From: an uncultured Acidobacteriota bacterium
GTDB lineage: Bacteria > Acidobacteriota > Vicinamibacteria > Vicinamibacterales > SCN-69-37
Reading direction: 5' to 3'
Assembly (NCBI GenBank): GCA_963849525.1
Contig: CAWKHL010000004.1
Span: 196,999-260,998 of the forward strand
DNA length: 64,000 nucleotides
In this document: piece after piece, positions 58,370 through 64,000 of the stretch
Position numbering within the stretch: position 1 is the first letter of the stretch
Layout: each line of letters starts with the position of its first letter
Made by a program: the position numbers and the translations under genes
The notes under the pieces: generated by a model
Told to the model about the DNA's origin: nothing
What the model saw: the letters and a program-made list of their open reading frames with translations, nothing else
Database searches by the model: none

Positions 58370-58519
58370 ACTCGTGCGACGGTCCCGGCGATGGCCCCCT
58401 CGCTTGCGGGGCGCCCACCGGTAACCGCGACCCATAAGTCTACCATGTGCCGACGCCCGCGTGTCGCGCGCCGTTCGCTCGATGCCGACCCCGCGGCGCC
58501 CGAGGTACACTGCCTGCGA

Positions 58520-59602
58520 ATGGCACAGGTCACGCGGCTCGGCGTGCTCACCGGCGGCGGCGATGCGCCCGGACTGAACGCCGTGATTCGGGCGGTCGTC
58601 AAGTCGGCGACGCTCCGCGGCGTCGAGTGCGTCGGCCTCGAGGACAGCTTCGACGGCCTCGTCAACCCCTCCCGCGCTCGCGTGCTGACGCTGCGCGACG
58701 TGACCGGCATCCTGCGGATGGGCGGCACGATCCTCGGGACGACCAATCGAGGGAGCCCCTTCATGTTCCCCGGCGCGGACAATGCCGCCGCCGACGCGTA
58801 CGCGAACCGGTGCCTCGAGAACGTTCGAACACTCGCGCTCGACGCGCTGATTGTGATTGGCGGAGACGGCACGCTGGCGATCGCCCACGATCTCGCGCAG
58901 CGCGGCCTGCCGCTCGTCGGCGTGCCCAAAACCATCGACAACGATATCGTCGAGACGTCGATGACCTTCGGGTTCGACACGGCCGTGGGATTCGCGACCG
59001 ACGCGATCGACCGCCTGCACACGACGGCGCACGCGCACCACCGCATCATGGTCGTCGAGGTCATGGGCCGCTATACGGGCTGGATTGCGCTGTATTCGGG
59101 CATTGCCGGGGGCGCCGACGTCATCCTGATCCCGGAGATCCCGTTCAGCCTCGAGCACGTCGCCGCGCACATCATGGCGCGCGACGGCTTCGGCGCCCGG
59201 TTCAGTATCGTCGTGGCGGCCGAAGGCGCCTTTCCGGCCGGCGGGAGCCGGTCGGTGGTGACGCCCGGCGCGCAGGGAAGGGCCGAGAAGCTCGGCGGCA
59301 TCGCCGAACGCGTCGCCACGGCCCTCGAGGCGATCACGAAGAAAGAGGCGCGCTACGTGGTACTCGGGCACCTGCAGCGCGGCGGCACGCCGTCCAGCTA
59401 CGACCGCGTCCTGGCGACGCGCTTCGGCGCCTTCGCCGTGGAGTTGGCGCTCCAACAGAAGTCGGGTGTGATGGTGGCGCTCCACGCGCCGGATATCGTG
59501 GCCGTTCCGCTCGCGTCGGTGGTGGGCCGTACGCGCACCGTGCCGAAAGACGGCGACATCGTGCGCACCGCGCGCAGCATCGGGATGTGCTTCGGGGATT
59601 AA
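58520..59602 (+). CDS. pfkA: ATP-dependent 6-phosphofructokinase
   Basis: LGVLTGGGDAPGLNAVIR, IGGDGT, VPKTIDNDI, MGRYTGW and LGHLQRGG. Confidence 0.9.
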   Translation: MAQVTRLGVLTGGGDAPGLNAVIRAVVKSATLRGVECVGLEDSFDGLVNPSRARVLTLRDVTGILRMGGTILGTTNRGSPFMFPGADNAAADAYANRCLENVRTLALDALIVIGGDGTLAIAHDLAQRGLPLVGVPKTIDNDIVETSMTFGFDTAVGFATDAIDRLHTTAHAHHRIMVVEVMGRYTGWIALYSGIAGGADVILIPEIPFSLEHVAAHIMARDGFGARFSIVVAAEGAFPAGGSRSVVTPGAQGRAEKLGGIAERVATALEAITKKEARYVVLGHLQRGGTPSSYDRVLATRFGAFAVELALQQKSGVMVALHAPDIVAVPLASVVGRTRTVPKDGDIVRTARSIGMCFGD

Positions 59603-59613
59603 GGGCTACCTTC

Positions 59614-59768
59614 AGGTGGGGGGACTTCGTCCCAGCCACACCCCCCTGACACGCTCACTCGCGGGGGCCCCGACGCCCCGCTCCGTTCGCGTGGCGCCCT
59701 CGCCCGCGCTCGGGCGGGCCTCCTGAGGTGGGGGAGTTCTTTCCCGCCGCGCCCCCTGACACGCTGAC
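59614..59768. repeat. two ~45-nt direct repeats with G6/C6 hairpins between convergent pfkA and frr
   Basis: 59614-59658 reads AGGTGGGGGGACTTCGTCCCAGCCACACCCCCCTGACACGCTCAC. 59726-59768 reads AGGTGGGGGAGTTCTTTCCCGCCGCGCCCCCTGACACGCTGAC. Confidence 0.8.
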
Positions 59769-59775
59769 GCCGTCG

Positions 59776-60351
59776 CTACTTGCCCAGCAGCTCCTGATCC
59801 TTCTTCTTCTGGAGGTCGTCGATCAGCGTGATGTGCTGATCGGTGATCTTCTGGATCTCGTCGAGCGCGCGCCGCTCTTCATCCTCGGAGATGGCGTGGT
59901 CCTTCAAGAACTTCTTCAGCCGGTCGTTCGCGTCGCGGCGGACCTGGCGGATCGAGTTGCGCGCCTCTTCGGCGTACTTGTGGACCACGCGGGACATGTC
60001 CTTGCGACGCTCCTCGGTGAGCGGCGGGACGGGGACCCGGATGACCTTGCCGTCGGTCGAGGGATTCAACCCGAGGTTGGCCTTGAGGATCCCCTTCTCG
60101 ATGGACGCCAGGAGCGATGGGTCGAACGGTTGGGCGACGAGCATCGTCGGCTCGGGCACCGAGAGAGTCGCCACCTGGTTCAGCGGCATCATCGAGCCGT
60201 AGGCCTCCACGTGCACCGGCTCGAGCAGCGAAATCGACGCCCGCCCGGACCGCAGCCCGCTCAGTTCCTTGCGCACGTGCTCGATCGCGCTATCCATGCG
60301 GTTCTTGATTTCGACGTTCAGACTCTTCAGGTCACTGACATCCATAAGCAT
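59776..60351 (-). CDS. frr: ribosome recycling factor
   Basis: ...SLLEPVHVEAYGSMMPLNQVATLSVPEPTMLVAQPFD...LGLNPSTDGKVIRVPVPPLTEERR. Confidence 0.95.
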   Translation of the reverse strand: MLMDVSDLKSLNVEIKNRMDSAIEHVRKELSGLRSGRASISLLEPVHVEAYGSMMPLNQVATLSVPEPTMLVAQPFDPSLLASIEKGILKANLGLNPSTDGKVIRVPVPPLTEERRKDMSRVVHKYAEEARNSIRQVRRDANDRLKKFLKDHAISEDEERRALDEIQKITDQHITLIDDLQKKKDQELLGK

Positions 60352-60373
60352 TTCAACCAGACAAAGAGAGAGC

Positions 60374-60496
60374 GGTTATTGGCTATTGGTTATTGGTTAA
60401 GTGATGTCACGGCGGGCCCACGAATCGGTGTCGAGTTCCTGGCGGGCCGGCGGCACACCCCCATAATCAAATAGCCAATAACCAATAACCAATAAC
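60374..60496. repeat. inverted arrays of the AT-rich heptad TTATTGG / CCAATAA flanking a 70-nt GC-rich core
   Basis: 60375-60400 (GTTATTGGCTATTGGTTATTGGTTAA) pairs with 60471-60496 (ATAGCCAATAACCAATAACCAATAAC) at 23 of 26 positions. Confidence 0.9.
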
Positions 60497-60506
60497 AAAT
60501 AGAAAA

Positions 60507-61247
<741 letters not shown>

Positions 61248-61255
61248 TTATAGAG

Positions 61256-61456
61256 GGTTCTGGGGTTCCGAGGTTCTCGGGTGCTGGGGTTCCGGTTCAA
61301 GGGTTCCGGAGTTCGAAGGTGCTGGGGTTCCGGTTCAAGGGTTCCGGAGTTCGAAGGTGCTGCGGTTCGCGGTCCCAGTGTGAACCCCTGAACCCCCGAA
61401 CCAAGGAACCTTCGAACCGGAACCCCAGCACCCGGGAACCTCGGAACCCCAGAACC
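61256..61456. repeat. ~200-bp palindromic element: 43-bp inverted arms with an internal 38-bp tandem duplication
   Basis: 61256-61298 pairs with 61414-61456 at 42 of 43 positions. The unit AAGGGTTCCGGAGTTCGAAGGTGCTGGGGTTCCGGTTC occurs about 2.5 times at 61280-61374. GGTTCC/GGAACC-rich. Confidence 0.9.
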
Positions 61457-61466
61457 CCGCGTGTTC

Positions 61467-62066
61467 TTAGCTGCCTTCGCCGACCTGGAACCTGACGAAC
61501 CTCGCGACGCTCAGGTTTTCACCGAGCTTCGCGATGCCGGCCTGGATCAACTGGTCGACGCTGACCTTCGGGTCGCGAATCGACGGCTGGTCGAGGAGCA
61601 CGACCTGCTGGTAGAAGCTCGAGAGCTTGCCCTCGACGATCTTCTCGATGACCGCGGGCGGCTTGCCCGAGTTCTCCATTTGCGCACGGTAGATGCCGCG
61701 CTCGTGCTCGAGGATGTCGGCCGGCACGTCTTCCCGGCGGACGTACTGCGGCGAGGCGGCCGCCACCTGCAGCGCGATCTCCTTGATGAGGTTCTGGAAG
61801 TCGTCGGTGCGCGCGACGAAGTCGGACTCGCAGTTGAGTTCGACCAGCACGCCGATCTTGCCGCCGAGATGGATGTAGGAGCCGATCAGGCCCTCGCTCG
61901 TGGCGCGCCCGGACTTCTTGGCGGCCTGCGCGAGCCCGCGTTTGCGCAGGATCGTCGTCGCCTCTTCGAGGCTGCCGTTGGCCTCCTTGAGGGCGGCCTT
62001 GCATTCCATCATGCCCGCGCCGGTGCCGTCGCGGAGCTGTTTGACGAGTGTGGCTGGAATCTCCAT
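61467..62066 (-). CDS. tsf: translation elongation factor Ts (short form)
   Basis: GAGGAG Shine-Dalgarno. MEIPATLVKQLRDGTGAGMMECKAALKEANGSLEEATTILRKRG. Confidence 0.95.
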   Translation of the reverse strand: MEIPATLVKQLRDGTGAGMMECKAALKEANGSLEEATTILRKRGLAQAAKKSGRATSEGLIGSYIHLGGKIGVLVELNCESDFVARTDDFQNLIKEIALQVAAASPQYVRREDVPADILEHERGIYRAQMENSGKPPAVIEKIVEGKLSSFYQQVVLLDQPSIRDPKVSVDQLIQAGIAKLGENLSVARFVRFQVGEGS

Positions 62067-62102
62067 GGAACTCCTCACGTTCGGGCAGACTACTTGCGCC
62101 AG

Positions 62103-62182
62103 GCGTGCCGCCACCGCGGCACGCGCCCGGTCCATCGGGCTGTCCTGTGATGTGCCGTCCCGGCCCGGCGTCGGGCGGGACG
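62103..62182 (-). promoter_or_regulatory. two strong hairpins in the rpsB-tsf spacer (attenuator or processing-site candidates)
   Basis: GCGTGCCGC-CACC-GCGGCACGC at 62103-62124 (9 bp). CGTCCCG...CGGGACG at 62156-62182 (7 bp). No U-tract follows either. Confidence 0.3.
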
Positions 62183-62188
62183 TTGGGC

Positions 62189-62947
62189 CTAGACGGACGC
62201 GGGGGTCGCTCGCGGCTCGGCGTCAGCCTTGACGTCGGCGGCCTGGTCGGTGGCGGCCGCTTCGGCGAGTCCGCGGCCGCCCAGCACCGCGTCCGCGATG
62301 CCAGCGGCAAACAGCCGGATCGACCGGAGCGCGTCGTCGTTGCCGGGGATGACGTAGTCCACTTCGTCCGGGTTGCAGTTGGTATCGACGACGCCAATCA
62401 CGGGAATCTTCAGCTTGCGCGCTTCGTCCACCGCGATCTGTTCGTGGCGCGTATCGACGATGAAGACCGCGTCCGGCAGCCGGTTCATGCCGCGGATGCC
62501 GTCCAGGTTCTTGGAGAGCTTGCGGCGCTCTTTCTCGAGCCTGGCGATCTCCTTCTTGGAGAGGGTCTCGTACCGGCCGTCGGTGACCATCGCTTCGAGT
62601 TCGCGCAGCCGCGCGAGGCTGCGCTGAATGGTGGAGAAGTTCGTCAGCAGGCCGCCGAGCCAGCGTTGGTTGACGAAGTACATGCCGCAGCGCTGGGCTT
62701 CCTCGGCGATCGCATCCTGCGCCTGCCGCTTGGTGCCCACGAAGAGGAACGTGCCGCCCTGGCTCGCCAGGGTCGTGGCGAACTCGGCCGCTTCCCGGTA
62801 CAGTTTGGCGGTCCGTCCGAGGTCGATGATGTAGATGCCGTTGCGCTCACCAAAGATGAACGGCTTCATCTTCGGGTTCCAGCGCTTCGTCTGGTGCCCA
62901 AAGTGCACCCCGGCCTCGAGCAGGTCTTTCATGGCGATCTCGCTCAA
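62189..62947 (-). CDS. rpsB: 30S ribosomal protein S2
   Basis: [19 protein letters not shown]. The TTG at 62947 is preceded by a GGAGG Shine-Dalgarno. The ORF-track start at 62962 is also TTG. Confidence 0.95.
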   Translation of the reverse strand: MSEIAMKDLLEAGVHFGHQTKRWNPKMKPFIFGERNGIYIIDLGRTAKLYREAAEFATTLASQGGTFLFVGTKRQAQDAIAEEAQRCGMYFVNQRWLGGLLTNFSTIQRSLARLRELEAMVTDGRYETLSKKEIARLEKERRKLSKNLDGIRGMNRLPDAVFIVDTRHEQIAVDEARKLKIPVIGVVDTNCNPDEVDYVIPGNDDALRSIRLFAAGIADAVLGGRGLAEAAATDQAADVKADAEPRATPASV

Positions 62948-62989
62948 ACGCGGCCTCCGCAAACTGAACGCATGAACTCCTCAATTACT

Positions 62990-63016
62990 CCAAATAACCA
63001 ATAACAAATAACCAAT
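62990..63016. repeat. solo AT-rich CCAATAA-type array upstream of rpsB
   Basis: CCAAATAACCAATAACAAATAACCAAT is the same motif family as 60374-60496. Confidence 0.7.
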
Positions 63017-63034
63017 GTTCTGGCTCGGGTCGCT

Positions 63035-63427
63035 CTAGCGCTTGCTGAACTGGAAGCGCTTGCGGGCGCCGGCCAAGCCGTATTTCTTGCGCTCCTTGGC
63101 GCGGGGGTCGCGCGTCAGCAGACCCGCCTTCCGGAGCGTCAGGCGCAGTTCGCCGTCGTAGTCGAGCAGCGCGCGCGCGATGCCGAGCCGGAGCGCACCC
63201 GCTTGTCCCGCCACACCGCCGCCCGCCGTCGTGGCCAAGACGTCGAACCGTTCGGTGGTCTCGGTGGCGACCAGCGGTTGCCTGATGACCAACTGCAGCG
63301 TTTCGGTGGGGAAGCTCGCCTCGACGGGGCGGCGATTGACGGTGATGGTGCCCTGACCGGGCCTCAAGAACACGCGAGCGGTCGACGTCTTGCGTCGGCC
63401 CGTGCCGTAGTACTGATTCGTTGGCAA
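63035..63427 (-). CDS. rpsI: 30S ribosomal protein S9
   Basis: [16 protein letters not shown]...[24 protein letters not shown]. Confidence 0.95.
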   Translation of the reverse strand: MPTNQYYGTGRRKTSTARVFLRPGQGTITVNRRPVEASFPTETLQLVIRQPLVATETTERFDVLATTAGGGVAGQAGALRLGIARALLDYDGELRLTLRKAGLLTRDPRAKERKKYGLAGARKRFQFSKR

Positions 63428-63428
63428 G

Positions 63429-63860
63429 TTACACGACCTCGAGAGGATGGGGCTGCTGAGAGGCGTGCGGATGATCGCCGGAGGGATAGACCTTCAGCTT
63501 GCGGTACATCTGGTTCCCGAGCTTGGTCTTCGGCAACATGCCTCGCACGGCCTCCTCAACGATTCGAACCGGGTTCTTCTGGCGGACGATCTTGATGCGG
63601 TCTTCCCGCAGGCCGCCCTCGTAGCCGCTGTGAGTCCGATACAGCTTCTGCTCGTCCTTGCGGCCGGTCAGACGCACACGCGCCGCGTTGACGATCACGA
63701 CGTGATCGCCGGAGTCGAGAAACGGCGCGTAGGTCGGCTTGTGCTTGCCTTGCAACAACCGAGCCGCCAAAGTCGCGATGCGTCCAAGCACGCGCCCGTT
63801 GGCGTCGATGACGTGCCACTGCCTCGTTATCGATGAAGCAGAGGGCGTATACGTACCCAT
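63429..63860 (-). CDS. rplM: 50S ribosomal protein L13
   Basis: ATG at 63860. [47 protein letters not shown]. Confidence 0.95.
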   Translation of the reverse strand: MGTYTPSASSITRQWHVIDANGRVLGRIATLAARLLQGKHKPTYAPFLDSGDHVVIVNAARVRLTGRKDEQKLYRTHSGYEGGLREDRIKIVRQKNPVRIVEEAVRGMLPKTKLGNQMYRKLKVYPSGDHPHASQQPHPLEVV

Positions 63861-64000
63861 CAGTACCCTTTCAGCCGGATCAACACAACGGCAAACCAAA
63901 ATCATAGGGGGCGGCTGAAAAAATGTCAATCCGCCCGGCCCCTTCGGGTCCCTGTTCCCACGCCCCTCCGCGGCCCCGCCCACCCGTCGTGTCGTCGGTC

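Overview
Visibly GC-rich bacterial chromosomal segment; I did not compute GC content. Gene content is most consistent with Acidobacteriota: two ADOP-type duplicated FtsX permeases (one paired with PadR), DUF1080, carboxypeptidase-regulatory-like and BNR proteins.

Core content:
- glgP, dut and serA.
- An ftsY-ribD-ribE-ribBA-ffh string, followed by rpsP-KH-rimM-trmD-rplS-rnhB, then thiE and rodZ.
- A peptidoglycan recycling and synthesis operon, nagZ-ldcA-mpl-murB-murA, followed by gcdH.
- An fmdB-lolA-secretin unit, pfkA, and the rplM-rpsI / rpsB-tsf-pyrH-frr cluster.

Accessory content:
- 4.1-7.95 kb: a surface-protein remnant, a small 6-Cys secreted protein, a small-ORF plus nucleotidyltransferase cassette, a Phd/RelE module and three tandem ~96-bp palindromic repeats.
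- 47.2-47.9 kb: a second small-ORF plus nucleotidyltransferase cassette.
- 48.7-51.3 kb: an FMN-binding / ApbE / NqrB-like flavinylation module.
- 56.1-58.4 kb: a ~2.2-kb islet bounded by a perfect 51-bp duplication of the 3' part of tRNA-Ala(CGC).

Recurrent themes:
1. At least a dozen single-nucleotide frame disruptions, clustered at a few loci and including murA twice.
2. Many genes with a TATAAT-like hexamer 6-9 nt upstream of the start codon, which looks leaderless.
3. Pervasive 4-nt ATGA/GTGA start/stop overlaps.
4. Several unrelated long palindromic or MITE-like intergenic elements.

No CRISPR array, rRNA, transposase or integrase was seen. All family calls come from reading the translated ORFs by eye. 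No database search was run.
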